Positions 18,067-28,035 of a DNA stretch of 64,000 nucleotides are shown here, in pieces. The notes beneath the pieces were generated by a model that saw only the letters and a program-made list of their open reading frames with translations, was not told the DNA's origin and did no database searches. Source of the stretch: a virus; IMG/VR virus record IMGVR_UViG_3300024302_000005, positions 1-64,000 of that record; one strand, written 5' to 3'. The translations under genes and the position numbers were made by a program. Position 1 is the first letter of the stretch; each line of letters opens with the position of its first letter.

Positions 18067-18487
18067 AACCCCGTTCGGACTAATCATAGCAGGCGGTAGA
18101 GACTTCACCGACTACGCTATGATGGAGAAAGCTTTTATGAAATTCGTGGGTGACACGGATGATCAAAGCATAACTATCATATCCGGAACAGCTGGTGGAG
18201 CCGATCGACTCGGTGAACGCATAGCTAAGGAATATGGCCTTCCCTTGCTCCAAATGCCTGCAAATTGGAATAAACACGGCAAATCTGCTGGATATATCCG
18301 TAATGCGGAGATGGCTGTGCAAGGAACCCACCTATTAGCTATGTGGGACGGGCAGAGCCGAGGCACTAAGCACATGATCGAGACTGCCATGAAGCAAGCT
18401 TTGACAATCGAGGTCGTAATGTACACCGCTCCTCCTCGCAAGAAATATAGCGAGAGGAACATCATTCAGCCAATAACGGAGACATAA
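18059..18487 (+). CDS. SLOG-family (YspA/DUF2493-like) nucleotide-binding protein
   Basis: IIAGGRDF, ISGTAGGADRLGE, GKSAGYIRNAEM, WDGQSRGTKHMI. Confidence 0.88.
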   Translation: MIETPFGLIIAGGRDFTDYAMMEKAFMKFVGDTDDQSITIISGTAGGADRLGERIAKEYGLPLLQMPANWNKHGKSAGYIRNAEMAVQGTHLLAMWDGQSRGTKHMIETAMKQALTIEVVMYTAPPRKKYSERNIIQPITET

Positions 18488-18488
18488 C

Positions 18489-19211
18489 ATGGCGAAAATT
18501 CGCTTAAACAACGATAAACGGGGTGTTCTGCATGGTCTTGCAGCACGAGTGGTAAAAGCCACTCCCATCGATCCATCCACTGAAGCTCGTGTAAACAAGG
18601 CTGAGAAGGTATACGATAGTACCTTTGCTGCTTTGGCCTCAGCAACGGTTAAGGCTGTGGTCAAAACACAGAATGCCAAAGAGATGGTTGTGCTGAAGAA
18701 ACACCGTTTCCTCGCAGATTGCCATCAAATTTGGGGAGTGAACCTGGATACCCAAGAGGTTATCCAGGTAAACTTGTTTAACGCTACTGCTTACCAGCGT
18801 ATTCATCCTATAAATCATTTACATGATTATAATGAGCGGCATGTACGCCAGCGGGATGAGAATACAGCAAGGGATAAAACAGAGATATCTGTTATCCAAG
18901 GTGGGAAGGGCTCTTACCAATCCCCTCTGCCGTTAAATGCTAAAACTTTGAGGCTAACGGGTGAGCTGAAACGTGCAACCGAAGAGCTGAATATTGCTAT
19001 CACCCTGGATGCCGAAAAGCGCAGTACAATCCTGAATGATTTCACTGCTCTCATTGAATGCTCCAAGACCTTCGAAGATGTGGTGGCAATCTGGCCTGAA
19101 GCCGCTGAAGTGACTGATGAAATCATGGGTCACTCTCAACAAGTAGCCCTTATGTCCTCTGATGCTGTCGAGCGTATCAAGGCCAATATGGCTATCCGCA
19201 ACAAACCTTAA
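18489..19211 (+). CDS. Nmad5-like helical protein
   Basis: N-terminal IRLN..KR and C-terminal KTFEDVVAIWPEA motif. Confidence 0.55.
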   Translation: MAKIRLNNDKRGVLHGLAARVVKATPIDPSTEARVNKAEKVYDSTFAALASATVKAVVKTQNAKEMVVLKKHRFLADCHQIWGVNLDTQEVIQVNLFNATAYQRIHPINHLHDYNERHVRQRDENTARDKTEISVIQGGKGSYQSPLPLNAKTLRLTGELKRATEELNIAITLDAEKRSTILNDFTALIECSKTFEDVVAIWPEAAEVTDEIMGHSQQVALMSSDAVERIKANMAIRNKP

Positions 19212-19220
19212 CCAAATTCT

Positions 19221-19371
19221 GGCTGTGCCTGAATGATGGGACCTGGGAAGTGAAAGCCCAGGCGACCAGTGTTAACTCTCAACAAGGGTGAGATAGCTGG
19301 TGTAAGTATGAAATCCATCTCCGAAAGGTACCAACGGTGTCCCGGTTCGATCCCGAGCTATAGGCACAGCC
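19221..19371 (+). ncRNA. candidate structured non-coding RNA
   Basis: 10-bp closing stem GGCTGTGCCT/AGGCACAGCC enclosing several nested stems and a T-loop-like GGTTCGATCCC. Confidence 0.55.
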
Positions 19372-19618
19372 GGTCTCAATTAGATAATGGGGAAAGTTTT
19401 GCCAAAAAAATTAAAGAGAATCGATCGACAAGAATTCGCCTATTGCCAAATGTCTAAGCGCAAATTCGTTGTAATGCGACGTATGATCGCTACTGACGAT
19501 GTGTGGACACGTTGGGCAGATTGCGAACTCGAAGGAGCTGCAAAGCGTATTGTTAAAACCATGAACGATAACCCGGAAAGGTTATTCAGCAATACCGCAC
19601 TTAGTTCCAAATGAGAAA

Positions 19619-19645
19619 AGGGCTACGTGTTTTAAACGTAGCCCT
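19619..19645. terminator. hairpin between convergent genes (probable bidirectional terminator)
   Basis: AGGGCTACGT...ACGTAGCCCT 10-bp stem. Confidence 0.6.
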
Positions 19646-19667
19646 CCTTCTCGCCGGGTTGTTGGTA

Positions 19668-20360
19668 TTAGGCTTGGGTAACGCCTACCAGACCTTGTTT
19701 GGAGCCATTATCCTGAACATGCATCCACAACACCAATTCCACTGAACCATCGAGCGTAGTATCCGGATTAACAGTACCGCGGACATCACCAGTAGTGGTG
19801 GTAGCTACCGTAGCATCGGCAGCTACGAAGACAGAAGCCAGCTTCTCTTCCACTGCATCGGCGTAGAATGCCAATACATCGGATTCAGCAGTAAGGACAT
19901 ACGGGAGACCGAGAACGTCTCCTGTGCCCACTGTCAGGGATGTGACATCACCTGAAACAGTAACATCAGAGACTGTCTTGAATGCCTTTGTACCCGCCAG
20001 GCTAGTGCCACTGGCACTGGCTTCAGACATTACGTTGTCATAGACGTCGGTACCAGTAATCGTAATAACAGCGGTGCCTGTCCAGGCAGCTACGATGTTA
20101 CGAGGAACATCCATAACACCTGCAAGAGCACCAGCTGCGATAGCTACAGCAGCAGTGGCACTGACAGAGAAGACACCCAGGGCAGTTAGGTCCTGAGATA
20201 CAACGATACCATTAGGGTCACCAACAATAGGGGAACCCATTGAAATCTTGCTAACGGCCATCATGGGGACGCCTGTTCGCCCATTTGAACCAAGTAAAGG
20301 AGCATAGCGACCTTTACCAGCATACATTTCAGTAGCTAATGAAACAGTGTGTTTAGACAT
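19668..20360 (-). CDS. putative virion/capsid decoration protein in late orientation
   Basis: Ala/Gly/Thr/Val-rich beta protein; lone minus-strand gene beside RNAP II like N4 gp17; GGAG RBS before MSKHTV. Confidence 0.6.
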   Translation of the reverse strand: MSKHTVSLATEMYAGKGRYAPLLGSNGRTGVPMMAVSKISMGSPIVGDPNGIVVSQDLTALGVFSVSATAAVAIAAGALAGVMDVPRNIVAAWTGTAVITITGTDVYDNVMSEASASGTSLAGTKAFKTVSDVTVSGDVTSLTVGTGDVLGLPYVLTAESDVLAFYADAVEEKLASVFVAADATVATTTTGDVRGTVNPDTTLDGSVELVLWMHVQDNGSKQGLVGVTQA

Positions 20361-20461
20361 TATAAAACTCCGTTTGAGAAGCGGAAGATTCCGCAATTAT
20401 ACGCGAGAGAAGAATCTACAACCTACGACCAAATGTCAAATAAACTTATGGAGATTTGTTT

Positions 20462-22207
20462 ATGTCCGAAGAATGCATCGACCAATATGCACTAGAGACC
20501 TCGTGGTCTACCCGCTTAGCTGATGACATCGTCATCGAAGCCATCCAAGGGGACATTCCCTTGAATATGGAACTAAAGATCCTGGATGTTCTCACCGAGA
20601 TCAACCGGGGCAAAGTCCCAACCAAAGATCTCTTTATCCGTTTGTTCACCATTGTCCTGCGGGATAAGGTGGGTAAACCCGTCCAGGCTATAGCTACCCA
20701 GATGGGGTTTGCTGCTGGAATCAAGAGTGCTTCTAAAGCATTCGAGTGGGGAATTCTGCTACTTAAGGAATGCCGTGAGGCAGGCCTGTATAAGTTGGAG
20801 AAGACGGAAGAAGAGTGGTATGTCCGTCCAAACTTCACTTTGGACAAGCAAACTTGCAAAAAGTTGGATAAATTGCAGTATTTACCTCCAATGAAGACCG
20901 TGCCAATTGATTGGACCGATAACCACGACGGTGGGTGGCTCTGGGAAACCAAGCACATACTCCTCGGGAACCGGTTCACTAAGCACGATATGCCTCTGGC
21001 ATACGATGTCATCAATACTCTCCAAGGCATAGCCTGGGAGATCGATCCGGATACCTATCTGCTCGAGAAGCAGACTAATCATAACCTTAATAAGAAGAAA
21101 TTCTTACGGGTCATTGATGCCTATTTAGGTCATCCCTTTCACTTTGTATGGCGTTATGACTCCCGCGGTAGAAGCTATTCCTCGGGATATGACCTAAACC
21201 TTCAAAGCAACGAATATGGTAAAGCCCTTATTTCGCTGCATAACAAGGAAATGATCACCAAAGCTGAAAACCTGTTGGTGGCCATAGCTAACCATGCCGG
21301 CAAGGATAAGCTGACATGGGAAGAGCGAATCGCTTGGGCTATCAGCGTGGAAAACACTGATGACATCGAGTGGGAAGAGCCTATCCTGGGACGTAAGGCT
21401 ATTCGTGCATATGAAGATATGCAGGCCCGTAAACCTTCCGGATACGTTATGAGCCTTGATGCTACGGCATCTGGGCTACAGATCATGGCAGCTCTATCGG
21501 GATGCCAAGAGACGGCTAAGTACACCAATATGGTGGATCCCAATAACCGGTACGATCTGTACACTGAGGTAGCTGAAATGATCAATGATCAGCTGCCTAA
21601 GCCAGTACCTCGTAAAGTCACTAAGCAATGCGTAATGACCCACTACTATAACTCTAAGGCTACGCCTAAGGGTTTGCTCAGCGAAGAAGAGCTGGCGGTG
21701 TTCTACAAGACCACCGAAGGGCTCCTACCGGGGGCTGAGGAGGTCATGAAGGTTATCAACATGTGCTGGGATGACCAAGCAGACCATCACTCTTGGGTGA
21801 TGCCTGACGGCCATACAGTGTACGTACCAGTGGTGGAAGCCACTAACGCTACGTATGTTGATGAAGAACTCGGTGATATCCCGCTCAGATTCTATGAGCA
21901 AGGTAAGTCCGAGAACTACAGGTCTCTGTGCCCTAATGTTATCCATAGTGTGGATGGCTATGTGGCTCGAGAGATGATTCGTCGATGCGACTTCCAGCTT
22001 AGCCATATCCATGACTGCTTTGTGTTTAGCCCTGATCACCTTCAGGACGTTGCACAGGCGTATCGTGAGATCATGGCAGAGATTGCTCGAAGCGATCTAC
22101 TACAAGATATCCTTATCCAGATCACCGGTGATAACACTCACCGGATCACCAAGATGAGTACTGATTTGGATGAATGTATCTTAGACAGCAGCTACATGTT
22201 GTCGTAA
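20462..22207 (+). CDS. middle-gene RNA polymerase II, T7-like single chain (N4 gp15+gp16 fused)
   Basis: YDSRGRSY, motif A LDATASGLQ, motif B RKVTKQCVMTHYYNS, NVIHSVDG, motif C IHDCF all in one ORF. Confidence 0.92.
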   Translation: MSEECIDQYALETSWSTRLADDIVIEAIQGDIPLNMELKILDVLTEINRGKVPTKDLFIRLFTIVLRDKVGKPVQAIATQMGFAAGIKSASKAFEWGILLLKECREAGLYKLEKTEEEWYVRPNFTLDKQTCKKLDKLQYLPPMKTVPIDWTDNHDGGWLWETKHILLGNRFTKHDMPLAYDVINTLQGIAWEIDPDTYLLEKQTNHNLNKKKFLRVIDAYLGHPFHFVWRYDSRGRSYSSGYDLNLQSNEYGKALISLHNKEMITKAENLLVAIANHAGKDKLTWEERIAWAISVENTDDIEWEEPILGRKAIRAYEDMQARKPSGYVMSLDATASGLQIMAALSGCQETAKYTNMVDPNNRYDLYTEVAEMINDQLPKPVPRKVTKQCVMTHYYNSKATPKGLLSEEELAVFYKTTEGLLPGAEEVMKVINMCWDDQADHHSWVMPDGHTVYVPVVEATNATYVDEELGDIPLRFYEQGKSENYRSLCPNVIHSVDGYVAREMIRRCDFQLSHIHDCFVFSPDHLQDVAQAYREIMAEIARSDLLQDILIQITGDNTHRITKMSTDLDECILDSSYMLS

Positions 22208-22210
22208 ACT

Positions 22211-22246
22211 GATGGGCTCCCTTAGGGGAGTCCATTATTTTTTTCA
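22211..22246 (+). terminator. intrinsic terminator
   Basis: ATGGGCTCCC-ttag-GGGAGTCCAT followed by a T run. Confidence 0.8.
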
Positions 22247-22314
22247 TTGAGGCCAAGACTTAATATTACAGTATGTGATTCACTGGATGTACCCGCTTAT
22301 TTAGGAGGAGTTTA

Positions 22315-22506
22315 ATGTTGTTTTTTGCAGTGGATTCCTGCGCCTTAAAAGGCTGCTTAAGTTGGCGTATGGGGAACAAATGCGCCAAGGATCAGATGGA
22401 TATCCATACCATGCTGAAGTACTCAGCTAATATCCACGATAGTGAGAACTGCTTAATACGTAAGCAGATGAACGACTACAGATTGACTAATATGCTGGAG
22501 AAATAA
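22315..22506 (+). CDS. hypothetical protein
   Basis: AGGAGG RBS. Confidence 0.55.
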   Translation: MLFFAVDSCALKGCLSWRMGNKCAKDQMDIHTMLKYSANIHDSENCLIRKQMNDYRLTNMLEK

Positions 22507-22507
22507 T

Positions 22508-23131
22508 ATGCGGATTGCCGAATCCAAAAAGAAATCCATGAAGACCGAAATTATGCAGGATTTGTACAAATCACTAGCTCAGACGCTTAGTGATAAGAAA
22601 GATGCAATAGCTAAAAAAGCGTACGGGCTATTCATGGCTACCTTGTCCGAGCAGCTAGAGGCTGTACCAAAGAACATGCTTAATTACGAAAATAGCTATT
22701 CGATAAAAGTTAAGTATAAGCAAGATAAGGACAGCCTAAGCTATGATATTGACGAATCATGGTCTTATTATTTTAGCGATCCTTCGCCGTCTCCGAGCGC
22801 GATGAATGGGAATAACTACAGTAATAATTATAGAGGTAAGCTGCCCCCTGAGCTAATGGAAGAGGCGGCTACCTTGTGCAACGCCCTTATAGCTTTGAAC
22901 GAGGAGCGGAGTGAAATGCAGGATTTCCTTGATGAAACCCTGGAGCGCCACTCAGGCCCCAAGGCTTTGCGTGAGGCATGGCCTGAATCCCTCCACAAGT
23001 ATCTGCCTGTCATAGCTCCGCGTAAGCCCAGGGTTAAGAAGGCCGATCGCCCTGTAGCCATTGAAGAGCCTGCCATTGCTGTCCCAACAGCACTAAACAA
23101 CCGCCTTGTCACTAACCTCCTCGAAAGTTAA
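22508..23131 (+). CDS. Nmad5-like helical protein
   Basis: MRI...K start and KALREAWPE motif, resembles 18489..19211. Confidence 0.55.
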   Translation: MRIAESKKKSMKTEIMQDLYKSLAQTLSDKKDAIAKKAYGLFMATLSEQLEAVPKNMLNYENSYSIKVKYKQDKDSLSYDIDESWSYYFSDPSPSPSAMNGNNYSNNYRGKLPPELMEEAATLCNALIALNEERSEMQDFLDETLERHSGPKALREAWPESLHKYLPVIAPRKPRVKKADRPVAIEEPAIAVPTALNNRLVTNLLES

Positions 23132-23134
23132 TCA

Positions 23135-24184
23135 ATGTCAATATTCAACGTCAACGCCACAGATCTTCGTGAATGCCTGATCGAGGATCTTAAAGTGGGG
23201 CTAACACCCATGGTGGCTTCTAGTCCCGGAGCAGGCAAATCCGATATTATTAATGAGATTGCCGAGGTCTTTAAGCTAAAGGTTATCGACCTCAGGGTAT
23301 CTCAGTGTGAGCCTGTAGATATGCAGGGCTATCCGGATACCCGAGAGGTTCCCGGTAAATTATCTCGGATGACATTTAACATCCCAGAGTATTTCCCTAT
23401 TAAGGGTGAAGACGAAGTACCCGAAGGTTACGAGGGCTGGCTCTTATTCCTGGATGAATTTAACTCCGGTAATAAGCAAACCGAAGCAGCTGCTTATAAG
23501 CTTGTTTTAGATAAGGCTGTCTATTTACATAAATTACACCCTAAATGCTTAATTATAGCAGCGGGTAATTTAATAACAGATAGGGCTATTGTTAACACCC
23601 AAAGTACAGCGACGACGTCTCGCCTAACCCACTACCGTTTAATAGTGGAACCAGAGGTCTGGATTGAGTGGGCTAATAAGAGCGGTATTGATCACCGTAT
23701 TATCTCTTATATTAAATTTAAGCCTGCAGCTCTGGATATGTTTGATCCGGATACTTCCGAGATGACATTCCGTTGTCCGCGGACTTGGGCCTTCGCTTCG
23801 AAGACCATCAAGAACAAAGAGACCATCGATCGCATTACCAAGATCCGGCTAGCCGGAACAATTGGTGAAGCTGGTGCAGTGGAACTGGCGACCTTTACAG
23901 AGATCTATCAGGACCTACCTACTATAGAGCAGATCCTGACAGACCCTGAGAAGGGCTGGAAGGTTCCTGGCGATGAGCATCCGGATCGGTTGTTTGCGAT
24001 AACGACAATGTTATCTCATGCGATGACCCCGCAAAATATCGATACGGTAATTATCGCCATCAATCGGCTACCTATAGATTTCCAGGTGATAACCTTCAAA
24101 GATGTATATAAAAAATCCCCTGAACTTAAGGGGCATGCTAGCATCTTGACCTGGATTTCCGAAAACTCATCCGTGATGTTCTAG
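23135..24184 (+). CDS. MoxR-like AAA+ ATPase (N4 gp24-like)
   Basis: SSPGAGKS, LFLDEFNS, IAAGN, PRTWAF. Confidence 0.88.
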   Translation: MSIFNVNATDLRECLIEDLKVGLTPMVASSPGAGKSDIINEIAEVFKLKVIDLRVSQCEPVDMQGYPDTREVPGKLSRMTFNIPEYFPIKGEDEVPEGYEGWLLFLDEFNSGNKQTEAAAYKLVLDKAVYLHKLHPKCLIIAAGNLITDRAIVNTQSTATTSRLTHYRLIVEPEVWIEWANKSGIDHRIISYIKFKPAALDMFDPDTSEMTFRCPRTWAFASKTIKNKETIDRITKIRLAGTIGEAGAVELATFTEIYQDLPTIEQILTDPEKGWKVPGDEHPDRLFAITTMLSHAMTPQNIDTVIIAINRLPIDFQVITFKDVYKKSPELKGHASILTWISENSSVMF

Positions 24185-24196
24185 GAGGGCATTATT

Positions 24197-25081
24197 ATGA
24201 CAGACCTCAAACCAATGCTGGCAGCTGCAGTAACTAACGAACAGCTGGCAGAGATTCTCGAGACGAAACACCTCATTGCCTCCCCCAAATTAGACGGTAT
24301 CAGATGCACCATCCAAGATGGTGTAGCCCTATCACGCAGTCTGAAGAAAATCCGTAATCCCTATGTCCAAGAGAAACTGGGACACCAGAAATTTAACGGA
24401 TTGGATGGGGAACTCATTGTGGGGGATCCCACAGCTCATGATGTGTACCGGGTAACCAATGGCGGCGTCATGCGTGGCCATGGGGAGCCTGAGTTCACGT
24501 TCTACGCCTTTGATAACCTCCTGTATCAGGAGAACTATCAGAAGCGCCTGAGCAGCATCGTCGGGGACGGTGACGTCATCGAGCGGCATCAATGTGATGT
24601 GGTCCTGACCGTCGAAGACCTAATCGAGGTCGAGGAGAAGTATCTACAGCAGGGCTACGAAGGTGTCATCCTTCGAGATCCTGATGGTGCCTACAAGAAT
24701 GGCCGATCTACGGTCAAACAAGCAGGCATGATGAAGATGAAGCAATTCATCGATGCTGAAGCTACTGTCATTGGTATGGAAGAGCTAATGCATAACGCCA
24801 ATGAGTCATTTACTAATGAGCTCGGCCGTACTGCTAGATCTTCCCACCAGGAAGGCAAAGTACCTATGGACTCCATGGGTGCTCTAGTCTGTAAGGATGT
24901 GAAGACGGGTGTCGAATTTAATATCGGCACCGGATTCTCAGCCAATGACCGTAAGGTCATCTGGACTAAACGAGCGGAGCATATGGGCCAATTGGTAAAG
25001 TACAAGTCTTTCCCGATCGGTGTTAAAGATGCTCCGCGGCATCCTGTCTTCCTGGGGTTCAGAGACCAAGACGACCTATAG
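24197..25081 (+). CDS. lig: ATP-dependent DNA ligase
   Basis: PMLA, KLDGIR, LDGEL, FD, EGVILRDP, K.K, FNIGTGF, PRHPVF. Confidence 0.93.
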   Translation: MTDLKPMLAAAVTNEQLAEILETKHLIASPKLDGIRCTIQDGVALSRSLKKIRNPYVQEKLGHQKFNGLDGELIVGDPTAHDVYRVTNGGVMRGHGEPEFTFYAFDNLLYQENYQKRLSSIVGDGDVIERHQCDVVLTVEDLIEVEEKYLQQGYEGVILRDPDGAYKNGRSTVKQAGMMKMKQFIDAEATVIGMEELMHNANESFTNELGRTARSSHQEGKVPMDSMGALVCKDVKTGVEFNIGTGFSANDRKVIWTKRAEHMGQLVKYKSFPIGVKDAPRHPVFLGFRDQDDL

Positions 25082-25090
25082 GAGTTCCTC

Positions 25091-26170
25091 GTGCAAATTG
25101 ATCTCGACGCTAAAATGCTCAAGGCTAAAATTGAGCTAATGACTAAGTCTGCTTTTCTCTCAACAATCTCGTTAAGTATCCGACAAATGATGTCGGAGGA
25201 ACAGGCTACTGCATGGACCAATGAACGGTGGATAAAATATAATCCCAATTTCATTAAGCCATTGTCGGTAGCTGAGCTAGCAGGTCTTATTGCGCACGAA
25301 TGTTGGCATATTGCATTTCAGCATCTATCTCGTAGAGGTGACCGTGACCCTAGGGTTTGGAATGCTGCAGGTGATTATGTAATCAACTGGCTGCTTATTA
25401 AGGCAGGCTTCCAAATTCCTCATGGTGGACTAATCGATCCGCGGTTCGAAGGCATGTCCACTGACGAAGTCTATAATATTTTGATTGCTGAAGGCTTCGA
25501 ACCTCCCGGTGGAAATATCTGGGATATCCTGGGTGAGCCCGGTACTGCTGAAGAGCAAGACGCTGTCCGTGACATTCTGGTACGGGCCCAGATGCAGGCA
25601 CAGACAGCTGGGGAAGCCGGAACTATCCCCGGAGAAGTTACCCGGATAATTGACAAGCTGGTGAACCCCAGACTGCCATGGCCAGTACTGCTTAATAGAT
25701 TCCTGGATGCTCGTATCCAAGAGGAGTATTCCTGGAACAGGAAGAGCCGTAGGTACAGGCCATTCATGCCTAGCATGCAGAGCTATGGACTAGGCCATCT
25801 AACCTGGGCCATTGATACCAGTGGCAGTCAGAACGACGAGGACCTACGTGCAGATCTAAGTGAGATCAAAGGTGTCCGTGATGTTCTAAGACCCGAAAAG
25901 ATGACTATCATCGATTGTGATGCCGTAATCCATAATGTCTGGGATGTAGATCAGAACACTGACATCATGTCTCTGAAGTTCACCGGTAATGGTGGTACTA
26001 AATTCCAACCAGTTCTGGATTACGTCGAAGAACATCCTACCCAAGCTCTGGTGTATTTCACCGATCTGTATGGTGAGCAGAACCTGAAGCCTGTAGACTA
26101 TCCCGTCCTGTGGATTTGTAATTCCGGACATGCTCCTGCCCCGTTTGGGCAGACGATCTATATCGACTAA
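25091..26170 (+). CDS. metallopeptidase-like + vWA domain protein (N4 gp25-like)
   Basis: HECWH, WNAAGDYVIN, MIDAS DTSGS, GGT.F.PV, YFTD. Confidence 0.88.
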   Translation: MQIDLDAKMLKAKIELMTKSAFLSTISLSIRQMMSEEQATAWTNERWIKYNPNFIKPLSVAELAGLIAHECWHIAFQHLSRRGDRDPRVWNAAGDYVINWLLIKAGFQIPHGGLIDPRFEGMSTDEVYNILIAEGFEPPGGNIWDILGEPGTAEEQDAVRDILVRAQMQAQTAGEAGTIPGEVTRIIDKLVNPRLPWPVLLNRFLDARIQEEYSWNRKSRRYRPFMPSMQSYGLGHLTWAIDTSGSQNDEDLRADLSEIKGVRDVLRPEKMTIIDCDAVIHNVWDVDQNTDIMSLKFTGNGGTKFQPVLDYVEEHPTQALVYFTDLYGEQNLKPVDYPVLWICNSGHAPAPFGQTIYID

Positions 26171-26193
26171 CAATAATAATAAGGAGCTCGAGA

Positions 26194-28035
26194 GTGGCGA
26201 TAACGACAGTAATTTTGATCAAAGAAAACGCTCTGGATCTATCAGCGATCGATAGTTACTATTTAGATCTGCTGGAAAAGGAAGGCATTCCGAAGAGCTC
26301 CGTAACGGTGCTACCTCTACTCTACAACACCCCGAAGAAGGTGATAGCTAAGACGGCCAAGGCTTATTTAGATAAGCTACTATCGAAGATCCCAGACACT
26401 GTCACTAATCTTATTATTGCCGACAGTCCTTATTTCAAATTCATCTCAAAACTCCAGAAAATAACTTCTGTCTACGGAGCTGTTGTTCCCGGAGGATACG
26501 ATGGATATGAGAAATTCAATTGCGTCTTTGTTCCAAATTATAAATCCCTGTTCAAGCAACCCGACAACGATAACTTAATTCAGATAGGGCTTAAGGCTAT
26601 AGCTGGTACAGCATCAAAGGTACGTATCAATTACGCCGGCTATGCATTTAAACATGGTTCAGAACGAGAGCTGCTGGATGCACTGTATGTGCACCCAGAG
26701 CTTACGGTAGATGTGGAAACCACCGGGCTGACTCTGGATGATTACATCATCTCTATCGCCTTTGCTTGGAACAAGCATGAGGGTATCGCTATCGACATCT
26801 CTATTACAGGGATGCATTACGTCAAGGAATTCCTCGAGTCCTATAAGGGCAAGATGATCTTCCACAACGGCCTATTCGACATCAAGTTGATGGTGAGACG
26901 TTGGTGGATGGAGCATGCTAAAGACATGGTCGGAATGATGGAAGGTATCCAGTTTTTCAAGGATACCGACGACACTATGTTGATGGCGTATCTCGCCAAG
27001 AATTCCACCACACAGGTGTCATTAGGTCTCAAGGACTTAGCTCTGGATTACGTAGGTAACTACGCTATCGATATCGAGGATGCTTCCAAATACCCCAAGG
27101 CAGAGCTGCTGGAGTATAACCTGATTGATGCTCTCGGCACCTTCTATGTTTACGAGAAGTACAGGGAGGAGCTGACCTCTGAGCCCTACCTGCAGATCTT
27201 CCAACCGAGTATCTATCCAATCCTGAAGATGATGCTGACGGGGCTGCCTGTGGATTCTAGCAGGGTCAAAGAAGTGCATACGATCCTCTCCGCTAAGGAG
27301 AAGGTCCTGAGAGACCAGATTCGTCAGAACACTTGCGTAATAGAGTTCAACGATCAGTTACGTGCCGACACCTGCAAAAAAGCAAACGAGAAACTTAAGG
27401 TGCTTGTTAAAACAGTAGCCGATTTCGAGGATGTGGAATTTAATCCAGGTAGTCATGTCCAATTAGCCAATCTGTTATTTAAGATCCATGATCTTCCAGT
27501 TCTGGACACCACCAAAACAGGGGCACCCGCCACCGGTGCAGATACCCTAGCAGATTTGTGTAATCATACAAAAGACCAAGATATCCTGGATCTATTAAAG
27601 TTCGTTATCGATCTAGCTGATGTAACTAAGATTAATGGCACATTTATCAAGGCATTCCTGCGGGAAGAGGATCTGCTGCATGGCAGCCTTAAGTTGGGCG
27701 GTACCCAATCCGGCCGGCTAGCTAGTCATGATCCTAATCTGACCAATATCCCCAGCCATGGCGCTAACGGTAAACTCGTGAAGAGCTGTGTCGTAGCTGA
27801 GGATGGGTGGTTATTCGGAGGGGCTGATTTCAACGCTCTAGAGGAGCGGGGAGGAGCTATCCTTACTCAGGATCCCAACCGTATTAAGGTATACACAGAT
27901 GGCTACGATGGGCACTCTATGAGGACCCATAAGTATTTCTCCGAGAAGATGCCAGATATTGTAGAGGCTTTAGTTAAAGCTGAGACAGCTACTAATTTCT
28001 GGATCAACGATGCCGGGGAGTATTGCTGTGATTGA
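26194..28035 (+). CDS. polA: family A DNA polymerase, N-terminal part (3'-5' exonuclease, thumb, motif A)
   Basis: DVETTGL, FHNGLFD, YNLID, FNPGS, GTQSGRLAS.DPNL, motif A DFNALE, YDGHS. Confidence 0.9.
   Translation: MAITTVILIKENALDLSAIDSYYLDLLEKEGIPKSSVTVLPLLYNTPKKVIAKTAKAYLDKLLSKIPDTVTNLIIADSPYFKFISKLQKITSVYGAVVPGGYDGYEKFNCVFVPNYKSLFKQPDNDNLIQIGLKAIAGTASKVRINYAGYAFKHGSERELLDALYVHPELTVDVETTGLTLDDYIISIAFAWNKHEGIAIDISITGMHYVKEFLESYKGKMIFHNGLFDIKLMVRRWWMEHAKDMVGMMEGIQFFKDTDDTMLMAYLAKNSTTQVSLGLKDLALDYVGNYAIDIEDASKYPKAELLEYNLIDALGTFYVYEKYREELTSEPYLQIFQPSIYPILKMMLTGLPVDSSRVKEVHTILSAKEKVLRDQIRQNTCVIEFNDQLRADTCKKANEKLKVLVKTVADFEDVEFNPGSHVQLANLLFKIHDLPVLDTTKTGAPATGADTLADLCNHTKDQDILDLLKFVIDLADVTKINGTFIKAFLREEDLLHGSLKLGGTQSGRLASHDPNLTNIPSHGANGKLVKSCVVAEDGWLFGGADFNALEERGGAILTQDPNRIKVYTDGYDGHSMRTHKYFSEKMPDIVEALVKAETATNFWINDAGEYCCD

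Noticed and set aside
19225-19320. Hammerhead ribozyme (CTGAATGA ... GAAA)
   Set aside because: Core is not CUGANGA and the stems are not arranged around the motifs as required
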